NCBI RefSeq assembly: GCF_900187275.1
Contig: NZ_LT906458.1
Coordinates: forward strand, 630,001-662,000
Source of the DNA: Pasteurella multocida
GTDB lineage: Bacteria; Pseudomonadota; Gammaproteobacteria; Enterobacterales; Pasteurellaceae
DNA length: 32,000 bases
Direction: 5' to 3'
A program made the translations under genes and the position numbers. Each line of letters starts with the position of its first letter. Position 1 is the first letter of the stretch. Below the pieces are notes generated by a model, which made no database searches, had not been told where the DNA came from, and was given only the letters and a program-made list of their open reading frames with translations. Of the stretch, positions 16,034 through 25,204 are shown in pieces.

Positions 16034-17026
16034 ATGGCATACGAAACAGGCACCGCGCAAAATGAGCGCGATTTACTCGATAAAATCAACACGTTTTTAA
16101 CCACAAATGAAGAGCTAGTACGTGACGGACAGGCGTGGACAATGTTGTTTGAACGAACGTTAGATGCCACGCCTGTGCGAAAACCTATTCGTCAAATCGC
16201 ATGGAAATCAACCGGCACCGGCGTTGAGCAAGATATTTATCTGTGTGCATCGACTGACAATTTGATTGCAGAAGATACGTTTAACATTAATTTTTGGGGC
16301 GGTACATTCTTTAATAGCCAATTTGTCACCGCAACGGAAATTGAGCGCGGCATGATAAACGCCTCGCCCGGCGTTGTGCTCTTTGCTGACGACCGTCCGG
16401 TTGAATATCACATCGTCGCATCAGGTCGCTGTTGCAAGATTATTACACGTATTTCGCAAGTGTGCTCAAGCGCTTACCTCGGCTTTATTTTGCCAACAGT
16501 GCCGCCAACGGAATATCCGTATCCGCTTTGTGTGGCAGGCTCTGCCCCGTTAGTGGACATAAATAAAAATAGAAGTTTGACGCGCTATTCACAAAATAAC
16601 CACTTTGTCTCTTCTATTGTTGATCCACGCTATGGTAATTGCTGGCTAATGACACCTGACCAGGCGTGGCGCGATTTTTTCGGTTCTCGCTATGAAAATA
16701 TCACATCGGATTCAGCAAAACAGCGTTTATTCCCGACGTGCAATTATCGCCGTGATTGGCATGAAGTCCCTTATTCACAAGACAGACTTGGTGCGGCACC
16801 GGGTGAGATTTACCCATTAATTCCCGTTGAATTTATTAGTATGCCAGATTCAAGTCAGGGACTAAATCGCTGGGGAACAATGGACGGCGTGTACTGGGTG
16901 CCGGGGTTACAGCGTGCGGCAGGTGATGTCATTGAAAGTGAAACCGAAAACTTTAGAGGAATTGTATTTAACGGCACATTTCGTGTGTCTGTGCGTGATT
17001 TTTTTGTAATTGAAACGGGGGCATAA
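16034..17026 (+). CDS. Siphovirus-type tail protein (B3/D3112-like), paralogue 1
   Basis: MAYETGTAQNERDLLDKINTFLTTNEEL...; position immediately after TMP. Confidence 0.65.
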   Translation: MAYETGTAQNERDLLDKINTFLTTNEELVRDGQAWTMLFERTLDATPVRKPIRQIAWKSTGTGVEQDIYLCASTDNLIAEDTFNINFWGGTFFNSQFVTATEIERGMINASPGVVLFADDRPVEYHIVASGRCCKIITRISQVCSSAYLGFILPTVPPTEYPYPLCVAGSAPLVDINKNRSLTRYSQNNHFVSSIVDPRYGNCWLMTPDQAWRDFFGSRYENITSDSAKQRLFPTCNYRRDWHEVPYSQDRLGAAPGEIYPLIPVEFISMPDSSQGLNRWGTMDGVYWVPGLQRAAGDVIESETENFRGIVFNGTFRVSVRDFFVIETGA

Positions 17027-17027
17027 A

Positions 17028-17990
17028 ATGGCTTATCAGACAGGTACAGCAACTTCAGTTGTAATCTTGCTTGAAAAATTAAAAGACTTTGCACAATCTC
17101 AAAATTGGACAATTCACAAACATACTGCAACACAATTATTTCTTAAAAATAACGAAGGCTACTGGGCGTTAGAATTTAAAGATAAGTTACTTTTTACGAT
17201 TGCGTGCACTGGATTTGACGATAGTCGCGATGTATTCAATCAGCCAGGTAGTTCCGCAAACCCACAATCTGCATTTCAACAAGTCAAAACAGCAACATCG
17301 CATTTAGAAAATGGCAACTTTGTGACGTATGATTTTTTCGGCACAAGCCAGTATTTACACGTGGTTGTTCAGATTGGAGCTGAGCGTTTTCGACACTTTG
17401 GTATCGGTACGCTAGATAAGGAGGGTGTGTACACAGGCGGTCAATATGCTTTTGGCACTTATATGCAAAAAGGTTATGAGCGATATAACAGCTACGATCA
17501 TAATTTTGGTTTCTCCGCAGGTGCTAAGAGTTTTTTACCTGTTTTGCGTGCAGATGGCTTGGCGGGTGAGACGAAAAGCCCATGGTATTTTTGTCCATTT
17601 GATGCCTGGGTAAAAGATATTGCCGAAAAAGATTTTGGCAAAGCATTGTTGACGCTCGGTCGAGCGGCGATGTACACAACAGATAGAACATCACATCCAG
17701 ATTTAAAATTGGTCGATTGGAGTCAATCAAAATTTGGACAAATGCTCATTCCCTGCCCTCATAGCTTAATTGCGCATTGCAAAGACGGCGTGTTACGTCG
17801 TTTAGGTATATTACCAGATAGATATGAATGCACGATGAACGGTATCGCACCGCGTCAAATCTTAACAATGCTTGGTGAACGTTGGATGATAGTGCCGAGT
17901 GCACAATATGATCATAGAATTAAATATGACTTAGAAAGTGGATTAGATAATTCAGGCGTGCAAGGCGTCGCATATCGTATTGTTGAGTGA
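17028..17990 (+). CDS. Siphovirus-type tail protein, paralogue 2
   Basis: MAYQTGTATSVVILLEKLKDFAQSQNWTIHKH...; N-terminus parallels the preceding ORF. Track start 17010, better start 17028. Confidence 0.65.
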   Translation: MAYQTGTATSVVILLEKLKDFAQSQNWTIHKHTATQLFLKNNEGYWALEFKDKLLFTIACTGFDDSRDVFNQPGSSANPQSAFQQVKTATSHLENGNFVTYDFFGTSQYLHVVVQIGAERFRHFGIGTLDKEGVYTGGQYAFGTYMQKGYERYNSYDHNFGFSAGAKSFLPVLRADGLAGETKSPWYFCPFDAWVKDIAEKDFGKALLTLGRAAMYTTDRTSHPDLKLVDWSQSKFGQMLIPCPHSLIAHCKDGVLRRLGILPDRYECTMNGIAPRQILTMLGERWMIVPSAQYDHRIKYDLESGLDNSGVQGVAYRIVE

Positions 17991-17997
17991 GTAGAAG

Positions 17998-19677
17998 ATG
18001 GCAACAATTAAAGGGTATAAAGTCACACATCAAGGCACGGGTTATGGCAGTTTTCTAGTCGGACTGACAACATATCGCGCGGCAACACAGCGTATTATCA
18101 AGTCAAAGGCTGTTCAATATGGTACAAAAGGTGCGACAGTTAAGCAAAACTTAACAAAATCAACAAAAGCATACATTGTGCCAAATTACTATAAAACACT
18201 TTATAGCCGCGTCTATGTCATCCCGCATATCGTCAATCTTGGCTCTATTTCAATTGAACAAATCTTTAATGTGCAAGTCTGGAATGCAAATCGCCACGCG
18301 GTGAACTTAACATCTCTTCAGACACGTGACGCAGAAGGGATTGAGTTTAACGGTGCTGCAGCACCGCTTAAATTTCACTCGCTCGCGTTGAAAAAATGGA
18401 CGGTTAAAGTGTCAATGAACGGTCCCGCAGTGATTGATGCGCGCGCTTCGTGGCACTTTGTCAATCACTCGCCCGTCACGCTTAATATTACAGGTTCTCG
18501 CTCAACTGAATGGTCGTTTTTCCCAGATTGGAGCGAAAATATCATCGAAAACTTGCATTTTTTAACGACAGTACATCAGTCAATTACAGGTGCCGAGCAA
18601 CGCATTGCAAAACGGTTATCTCCACGCCGCACATTTGAGTTTAAAGTCACGAAAGAAGGTGTTAACCGTCAAATATTTGAAAACATGCTCTATGCGTATG
18701 GCTCGCGCATCTGGTCTATGCCGATTTTTACCGATTGTGCAACGCTGTTACAACACGTTGAGCCAGGCGACCTTGAAATCAATATCAAGACTCAAGGCTA
18801 TGATTTTAGCCCTGGCGGTCGCGTATTATTGATGAACGGGAAAACTAAAGAGATGCTCGAGATTGTTGGGCTTGAAACAGAAAAACTGATTTTAAAACGC
18901 CCGACAGTGAATCATTTTGATATTTATACTGCGGTTTATCCTCTACGTGCTGCAGTATTGACTGATATGCCGACACTCACTCGATTAAGTGATGGTGTCT
19001 CGAGCGCACAAGTACGCTTACAAGTGCATGAACACAACGCGTACTCTGATGATATCACGCACTTGCCGACATACCGCAATCACCCAGTTTTAGAACCGAC
19101 AAGCGAATGGTCAGAAGATGTCACCGCACAATATTTGCGCTTGATTCAGACGCTTGATAACGAAACGGGACTGCCGTTTTATCTTGATACGGCACGCAAA
19201 GCGTTTCAAATCACAAGTCATCGCTTTGTGCTAGCGAATCGTGAAGAACAGCGCAAATTACGTCAGCTGTTCTACTATCTACGTGGCAGACAGCGCGCAA
19301 TTTGGGTTGCCACCTCGGCAACAGATATCACGCTGAAATCAGACATTTCTACTAAGACGTTTGATATCTATTTCATACACTACACCGCGATTTTGAAAAA
19401 TCAAGTCGGTCGTCAAGATATTCGTATCGAGTGCACAGACGGCAGTGTGCACTATCGCAGAATCGTCACATCATCAGTCGTTGACGAGCAAACAGAGCGA
19501 CTCTCATTTGATGGTGAAGAGTTAAGAATTAAGCAAGAAGAGATAGCAAAAATATCCTTTCTCACGCTCTCTCGACTTGAAAGCGACCAGGTGACATGGA
19601 CACATCACACCGATGCAGACGGTGTCGCAACAGTGACCGTGAGTTTCCGTGGGTTACGTGATGAACTAGAGGTTTAA
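17998..19677 (+). CDS. Phage tail/tail-tip protein
   Basis: 559 aa ORF in the distal tail module between the TMP-adjacent proteins and the DUF2163-like gene. Confidence 0.6.
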   Translation: MATIKGYKVTHQGTGYGSFLVGLTTYRAATQRIIKSKAVQYGTKGATVKQNLTKSTKAYIVPNYYKTLYSRVYVIPHIVNLGSISIEQIFNVQVWNANRHAVNLTSLQTRDAEGIEFNGAAAPLKFHSLALKKWTVKVSMNGPAVIDARASWHFVNHSPVTLNITGSRSTEWSFFPDWSENIIENLHFLTTVHQSITGAEQRIAKRLSPRRTFEFKVTKEGVNRQIFENMLYAYGSRIWSMPIFTDCATLLQHVEPGDLEINIKTQGYDFSPGGRVLLMNGKTKEMLEIVGLETEKLILKRPTVNHFDIYTAVYPLRAAVLTDMPTLTRLSDGVSSAQVRLQVHEHNAYSDDITHLPTYRNHPVLEPTSEWSEDVTAQYLRLIQTLDNETGLPFYLDTARKAFQITSHRFVLANREEQRKLRQLFYYLRGRQRAIWVATSATDITLKSDISTKTFDIYFIHYTAILKNQVGRQDIRIECTDGSVHYRRIVTSSVVDEQTERLSFDGEELRIKQEEIAKISFLTLSRLESDQVTWTHHTDADGVATVTVSFRGLRDELEV

Positions 19678-19690
19678 AAGAGGTTTAAAG

Positions 19691-20500
19691 ATGAGTTTTT
19701 TAGACAAAGAGCACTCTATCGCAGACGGACAGCCTGTCACGCTGTATCAGTTCATCCGCGGCGATAACGAAAAAATCTGGCGGTTTTGTGACGCAGATAA
19801 AGACATCGTGGTTAATAACGAAAAGTGGACCGCCATTGCCATCTCGGACACCGGGCGTCGCACGGGTGAAAATATCAATATCACACTACCGAGTAATAAC
19901 CCTGTGGCACTGCTTTATCGCGGTATGCCGCCAAGCCAAACCGTGAAAGTCATGGTTATGCGTTTGCATTATGAGCAACAAGAAATGCGCGTGGTGTGGG
20001 TGGGCACAATCATTGAAGCAAAACGTCCTGATGTGCATAAAACGCAACTTATCTCGGCTGGGCTTTCAGCCACGATGGACAGCGCAGGACTGCGCCTTAC
20101 TTGGGGGCGCAACTGCCCATATACATTGTATGACCAAGACTGCCAGTTAAATCCGAAAAACTTCGCAGTGGCAGGGCTTACGATTAGTGCGATGGACGGT
20201 GTGATGATTGTAGTCAATGTGCCCGATGATTTGCCGGAAGGCTGGTTTAATGCCGGTTTTATTGAGTGGATTGACAGTGACGGGGTGCGTGAAGTGCGCG
20301 CGGTTAAAACACATAAAAACAACCAGCTCACACTACTTGGTGGCACACAGAAACTCTCTGTCGGCACAGTGATTAAAGCGTATCCCGGTTGCGATGGTAG
20401 ACCTGTTACTTGTTTGAAAAAGTTTAACAATATGCTCAATTTTGGCGGCGTCCCGCACATGCCGAATAAATCCCCGTACGACGGTTCAAGAGTATTTTAA
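19691..20500 (+). CDS. DUF2163/BR0599-like tail hub protein
   Basis: LTWGRNCPYTLYDQDCQLNP...IKAYPGCDGRPVTCLKKFNNMLNFGGVPHMP; characteristic cysteine-containing C-terminal domain. Confidence 0.8.
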   Translation: MSFLDKEHSIADGQPVTLYQFIRGDNEKIWRFCDADKDIVVNNEKWTAIAISDTGRRTGENINITLPSNNPVALLYRGMPPSQTVKVMVMRLHYEQQEMRVVWVGTIIEAKRPDVHKTQLISAGLSATMDSAGLRLTWGRNCPYTLYDQDCQLNPKNFAVAGLTISAMDGVMIVVNVPDDLPEGWFNAGFIEWIDSDGVREVRAVKTHKNNQLTLLGGTQKLSVGTVIKAYPGCDGRPVTCLKKFNNMLNFGGVPHMPNKSPYDGSRVF

Positions 20501-20516
20501 ATAAGAGGAGGTTGAT

Positions 20517-20768
20517 ATGTTTGCAGCAATTGGTTGGGCGATTGTTCGTGCGGTAGCCGTCATGGCAATCAGTTATTTAGTCAACACCGCACTCGCTCCA
20601 CGTCCGCGCACGGGGCAAAGCATCGAGGCAGTATCAAGCGAGGAATGGAACTTCCCGCAAGTGGATGAAGGTATTCCGCAATGCGTGTTTTTCGGTGATT
20701 GCTGGACAGAAGACTGGCAAGTATTAGCTTACGGTAACTACCGTTCAAGCCCGATTAAGAAGGGGTAA
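20517..20768 (+). CDS. Small tail-associated protein with N-terminal hydrophobic segment
   Basis: 83 aa MFAAIGWAIVRAVAVMAISYLVNTALAPRPRTGQS...; well spaced within the tail operon with AGGAGG upstream. Confidence 0.55.
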   Translation: MFAAIGWAIVRAVAVMAISYLVNTALAPRPRTGQSIEAVSSEEWNFPQVDEGIPQCVFFGDCWTEDWQVLAYGNYRSSPIKKG

Positions 20769-20771
20769 ATA

Positions 20772-20972
20772 ATGGAAAAGTTGATCATTACAATGCAAGA
20801 CATGCGTCGCGTCGGTTTTTGTGCATCGGGCGTGGAAACATTTTTTAAACGCGAAAACTTAGATTTTAACGACTTTTTACAAAACGGCATTGAGGCACAG
20901 ACACTATTAAATACAGGCAGTGTGTTTGCCCGTAAATGTGTGGCAGAAGCTGAAAAAGCAAGAGGTGAATAA
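20772..20972 (+). CDS. Hypothetical small phage protein
   Basis: 66 aa, tightly packed between neighbours; stop/start overlap with the following ORF. Confidence 0.5.
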   Translation: MEKLIITMQDMRRVGFCASGVETFFKRENLDFNDFLQNGIEAQTLLNTGSVFARKCVAEAEKARGE

Positions 20973-23761
20973 TGGGTGGTAAAAGACGTGGCGGCGGTCC
21001 GGTTACAGTTGGCTACAGATACTATTGGGATATTCAATCGGGCATTGGGCGCGGACCGGTGGATGAAATTGTGGAAATCCGTGTAGATGATAAAACCGCG
21101 TATGTAGGCACGCCTGGTGAGCTGACACAATCGAAAGCTATCTATATAGACAAGCCTAACCTTTTTGGTGGCGAGGCGACTGGCGGTGAAGGCGGCATTC
21201 AGGGAAGAATGGAAATTTTAATGGGTGACCCGGACCAAAAGCCGACACAAATGCTGATCAATTTACTGAAAAATGTACACAATCCTCCGCTTAATTCGGC
21301 ATTAAGTGGAAAAGGACGTAAAAAAAGAACAAGGCAGCAACAAGTCGAGCAAAGCACCTTTTTCTCAAACGGTGATATTAGCGCAGGTAATGTCAGTCCC
21401 GAGGATGTGATTCCAGGCTTTCGTGGCACCGTCACAACCGTATTTAGCGGACTTATCAGTTGCTATAACGCGTATCCGAAAAAGCACAGTTACCGCGTTC
21501 GTCGCACGCACAAGTGGGGCGCGGTTGCACCATGGTATCCGGAAAAAGCCCGGATTTTACTGCGTAATGACAATTTGAAGATTTCAGGCTTAACACCAGA
21601 GCAAGAAGAAAACGTGCGTCAGATTCACGCCATGAATCCTGCGCATATTTTGGTTGAGTGTGCAACAAACAAGAGCTGGGGCGGGAAAAAAGACATTACG
21701 GAATTGGATATAGAAAGCTATAAGAAAGCGGCAGATACACTCTTCAAGGAAGGCTTTGGGCTGTGTATTCGCTATAATCGTCAGGGCTCAGTTAAAGAGT
21801 TCGTGCAACAAATTATCGACCACATCGGTGCGGTGCAATACGAAGATGTTAAAACGGGGAAATACGCCGTTAAACTCATTCGTAACGACTATAAAGTCGA
21901 TGAGTTGCACACCTTTAACTACGACAACGGCATTTTACGCGTGCAAGACGATGACAATGCGGCAACAGATAATGCGGCTAATCAAGTGGTGGTGAAATAC
22001 CTCGACCCGGTGACGAATCGTGAAGATAAAGCCATTGCTAATAACATCGCGTCAGTGCGTATGCATGGTGTGATTACAAAAACCGTGGAATACAAAGGTA
22101 TTCCCACGTTTGATTTAGCCGCACGTGTTGCACAGCGCGATTTAGAGATTGTGGCAAGTAGTTTGACGCGGCTTAAAATCGTCTTTGACATGCGTGCGAG
22201 TGAACTCACACACGGCGATGTATTTAAAGTGAGTCTTCCCGACCGCGGCATTGAAAGCGCGGTATTTCGTGTGAGTCACATCGAAAACGGCAACGAAGGT
22301 GAGTTTATTGTCACCTGCATGCAAGATGTCTTTGGCTTGCCTGCGGCAAACTATTCAACTCAAAAAGCCGACTCGCTTTACACGCCACCAGATTATAGTG
22401 CTAAACCCATTACTCACAGCCACGTGTTTGAAATCCCTTATCATGTTTTTCCACTTGTGTTTAGTGATGCAGAGCTTGCCTTTATTAAACCAACGGATTG
22501 CTTTATCGCGGCAATGGCAGATGCACCGACACCACTATCCATTGGTTTTGAGATTTTAACTGATGCAGGCGCAGGTTTTAATGACACAGGTGAAGGCGAT
22601 TTTACGCCATCGGTGTTGCTATCTGACGATATTAATAAATATCAAACGCACTTTAAATTTAATGAAAGCACGCACAGCTATGCGTTGAAAAACGCGGTTG
22701 CGCTGATGATTGATGATGAAATCGTGAAAATTGAATCAGTGGATTTAAAAACGCGGACAATTAATGTAGGACGAGGTTGTGCGGATACGGTCCCGCAAGC
22801 ACACAGCGCAGGTGCTAGAGCGTGGTGCTATTTGCTCGCAAGTGGCGAAGACAACACGAAATACACGGTCAATGAACAGTTAAACGTCAAACTTTTAACT
22901 AAAACAGCACAAGAAACACTCGCAGAAGATGACGCCGAGGTGCTTACAATTACGACACAGCAACGTCAAGCGCGTCCTTACCCGCCAGGCAACGTAAAAG
23001 TAGATGGTGCGTTTATTAATAATATTGCAGATAGTTCAGCATTTATCATCAGCTGGGCGCATCGTGACCGCGATGTACAAGCGGATAATCTGATTTCACA
23101 CACAGAAGACAGCACGATTTTGGGTGATGGCGTCAGTTATGAAATCGCATTATTGAATGATGACACCGTTTTGCGCACTATCTCGACAACAGATAGCCAG
23201 TTTAGCTATCCGGACCCGCAAAAAGTGGTGGGCGAAGAGTTTAATAAAATGACGCTTTGCTCGGTAAAAAACGGCTTAAAAAGCTTGTTTAACTATACTT
23301 TCAGCGTTGCGGGCGCCATGCAACTATTATATGGCTGGAACTACGCAGAGGAGTTCACGCAAGGTGAGTCGCTTATTTATCACTATAACGATAGTGATAT
23401 GCCCGGCGGAAAATACATCATGCTTTCATCAAATGCAGATCAGCATTCTGCGATTTATAAATCGTTTGCTGTTGATTCAAGCGTGTACAAGCGTTTTGCA
23501 CTCTCATATAAAGTCGGCACATATGATAAGCGAAATGGGCTTTGTGTTGTTTCAGTGCAACTTTATCGCGGTGATGAGTTTGTGTCAGCGTTTGTGTCAG
23601 AACAGCTTGGCGAATTTGACACAACAGAATGGCGAGTCAAGCAAGTTGAAGGTGAATTACCGGAAGGTGTCACAGAAATCAGGTTCAAAATCAACGTAAT
23701 CGGCACAATAAGAAATAATGCGATTGCATTTAAAGATATTGTTGTGAAGGGAGGTGAATAG
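20972..23761 (+). CDS. Tail tip / host-specificity-like protein
   Basis: 929 aa; MGGKRRGGGPVTVGYRYYWDIQSGIGRGPVDEIVEIRVDDKTAYVG...; last large structural ORF of the tail module. Confidence 0.75.
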   Translation: MGGKRRGGGPVTVGYRYYWDIQSGIGRGPVDEIVEIRVDDKTAYVGTPGELTQSKAIYIDKPNLFGGEATGGEGGIQGRMEILMGDPDQKPTQMLINLLKNVHNPPLNSALSGKGRKKRTRQQQVEQSTFFSNGDISAGNVSPEDVIPGFRGTVTTVFSGLISCYNAYPKKHSYRVRRTHKWGAVAPWYPEKARILLRNDNLKISGLTPEQEENVRQIHAMNPAHILVECATNKSWGGKKDITELDIESYKKAADTLFKEGFGLCIRYNRQGSVKEFVQQIIDHIGAVQYEDVKTGKYAVKLIRNDYKVDELHTFNYDNGILRVQDDDNAATDNAANQVVVKYLDPVTNREDKAIANNIASVRMHGVITKTVEYKGIPTFDLAARVAQRDLEIVASSLTRLKIVFDMRASELTHGDVFKVSLPDRGIESAVFRVSHIENGNEGEFIVTCMQDVFGLPAANYSTQKADSLYTPPDYSAKPITHSHVFEIPYHVFPLVFSDAELAFIKPTDCFIAAMADAPTPLSIGFEILTDAGAGFNDTGEGDFTPSVLLSDDINKYQTHFKFNESTHSYALKNAVALMIDDEIVKIESVDLKTRTINVGRGCADTVPQAHSAGARAWCYLLASGEDNTKYTVNEQLNVKLLTKTAQETLAEDDAEVLTITTQQRQARPYPPGNVKVDGAFINNIADSSAFIISWAHRDRDVQADNLISHTEDSTILGDGVSYEIALLNDDTVLRTISTTDSQFSYPDPQKVVGEEFNKMTLCSVKNGLKSLFNYTFSVAGAMQLLYGWNYAEEFTQGESLIYHYNDSDMPGGKYIMLSSNADQHSAIYKSFAVDSSVYKRFALSYKVGTYDKRNGLCVVSVQLYRGDEFVSAFVSEQLGEFDTTEWRVKQVEGELPEGVTEIRFKINVIGTIRNNAIAFKDIVVKGGE

Positions 23762-23826
23762 GAAAAGAAGACGAAATCAAACATCTAATAAGCACACATT
23801 AACTTTAATAAAAATAAGGAGCAAAT

Positions 23827-24087
23827 ATGAAGAATAAATTAACGCTAGAAGATATCAAATCTGTCATTGTTAAAGCCGAATATCATCGTTTAACAGATAA
23901 GCTAACCACTTGCGTGTTAACACTAAAAAATGGTTATACAGTGACGGGAGAAAGTGCTTGTGTTGACTCTTCAAATTATGTCAAAGAAATCGGTGAGAAA
24001 ATCGCATACGACAATGCAGTAAGTAAGGTTTGGACTTTAGAAGGTTATTTATTGCAACAAAAGTTATTTGAAAATCAAAACAGTTAA
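23827..24087 (+). CDS. N4 Gp49/Sf6 Gp66-like family protein
   Basis: LTLEDIKSVIVKAEYHRLTDKLTTCVLTLKNGYTVTGESACVDSSNYVKEIGEKIAYDNAVSKVWTLEGYLLQQKL matches the family pattern (YHR..., LKNGF/YTVxGESACVDxxN, KIAxxNAxxKxWxLEGYLL). Confidence 0.85.
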   Translation: MKNKLTLEDIKSVIVKAEYHRLTDKLTTCVLTLKNGYTVTGESACVDSSNYVKEIGEKIAYDNAVSKVWTLEGYLLQQKLFENQNS

Positions 24088-24096
24088 ACACGGGTA

Positions 24097-24124
24097 GCGA
24101 GCACACTTTGCGCAGCGTGCTCGC
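24097..24124 (+). terminator. Strong hairpin after the Gp49-like gene
   Basis: GCGAGCAC (24097-24104) / GTGCTCGC (24117-24124), weak T tract (CTTATC). Confidence 0.5.
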
Positions 24125-24151
24125 CTTATCACCCACAGAACGCACCTGTAG

Positions 24152-24212
24152 GCAATAACTATTGCTAGACCCGCGGTCTCAGCCAAGACATGTAAAGTCT
24201 AGCGCATTTTTT
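24152..24212 (+). promoter_or_regulatory. Structured leader upstream of the methyltransferase gene; attenuator-like alternatives
   Basis: GCAATA/TATTGC, GCTAGAC/GTCTAGC, AGACC/GGTCT and GTCT/AGAC pairings are partly mutually exclusive; followed by TTTTTT (24207-24212). Confidence 0.35.
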
Positions 24213-24238
24213 CAGTATGTGAAAGAGGCTTACAGTAT

Positions 24239-25084
24239 ATGAAAAACAATCAATCATTTTATAAACAAGCGCCGCTCCCATTCGTTGGACAAAAACGACT
24301 CTTCTTAAATCATTACATCAATATCATTAACGAACACATTCCTGATGACGGTGAGGGATGGACGATTATTGATGCTTTCGGCGGTAGCGGACTTCTAAGT
24401 CATGTCACAAAACACATCAAGCCCAAAGCTCGCGTTATTTATAATGATTTTGATGGCTATAGTGAACGATTGAAACACATTCGAGATCTGAATAAACTGC
24501 GTCGTATCTTGCTTGAGTTACTTAAAAATGAGCCACGTAGCAAACAGTTAAGCTGTGATATGAAATACAAAGTGATTCAAGCTATAGAGGCATTTACTGG
24601 CTATAAAGATCCGCATGTATTGTCTACTTGGTTATTATTTAGTGGTCAGCAAGTCAGGACATTAAGTGAACTATATCGCTTGTCATTTTATAATCGCATT
24701 CGTCTGTCTGATTATAGTGAGGCACAAGATTATTTTAATGGTTTTGAAGTTGCCAATGAGTCATTTCATTCATTATTGCCTCGGTTTGTCGACAAGCAAA
24801 AGACGTTATTTGTGTTAGACCCACCTTACTTATGCACACATCAAGCTGCGTATAGCATGGATACGTACTTTGATTTGATTGATTTTTTAAGGTTGATTAA
24901 TCTGACAAGACCGCCTTTTATCTTTTTCAGTTCAACAAAATCTGAATTTATACGGTTTGTGGATTTCATGCTTGAAACGAAAACACATAACTGGGAGTCA
25001 TTTACAGATTATAAGAAGATAAGCATTAATACTTCTACAAACTATAGTGGCAAGTATGAAGATAATTTAGTTTATAAGTTCTAA
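24239..25084 (+). CDS. D12-class (Dam-like) adenine-specific DNA methyltransferase
   Basis: PLPFVGQKRLFLNHYI (SAM motif region), DAFGGSGLLS, and DPPY (FVLDPPYLCTHQAAYS). Confidence 0.92.
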   Translation: MKNNQSFYKQAPLPFVGQKRLFLNHYINIINEHIPDDGEGWTIIDAFGGSGLLSHVTKHIKPKARVIYNDFDGYSERLKHIRDLNKLRRILLELLKNEPRSKQLSCDMKYKVIQAIEAFTGYKDPHVLSTWLLFSGQQVRTLSELYRLSFYNRIRLSDYSEAQDYFNGFEVANESFHSLLPRFVDKQKTLFVLDPPYLCTHQAAYSMDTYFDLIDFLRLINLTRPPFIFFSSTKSEFIRFVDFMLETKTHNWESFTDYKKISINTSTNYSGKYEDNLVYKF

Positions 25085-25168
25085 AGCTAAATACACAAAG
25101 TTTATCTATGAGAAATTTGTGAATAAAGTATGCCAATTTCTATATAGAAATGACGTTGCAATATCAAC

Positions 25169-25204
25169 AAAAAAGAGAAACTAATAAATGGTTTCTCTTT
25201 TTTT
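25169..25204 (+). terminator. Intrinsic terminator downstream of the methyltransferase gene
   Basis: AAAAAAGAGAAAC-TAATAAATG-GTTTCTCTTTTTT. Confidence 0.8.

Noticed and set aside
17425-17730. Opposed small ORFs 17425..17613 (+) and 17524..17730 (-)
   Set aside because: Contained within the strong tail protein ORF; no independent initiation evidence.
20738-21130. 130-aa minus-strand ORF
   Set aside because: Spans three convincing plus-strand genes; no supporting signals.
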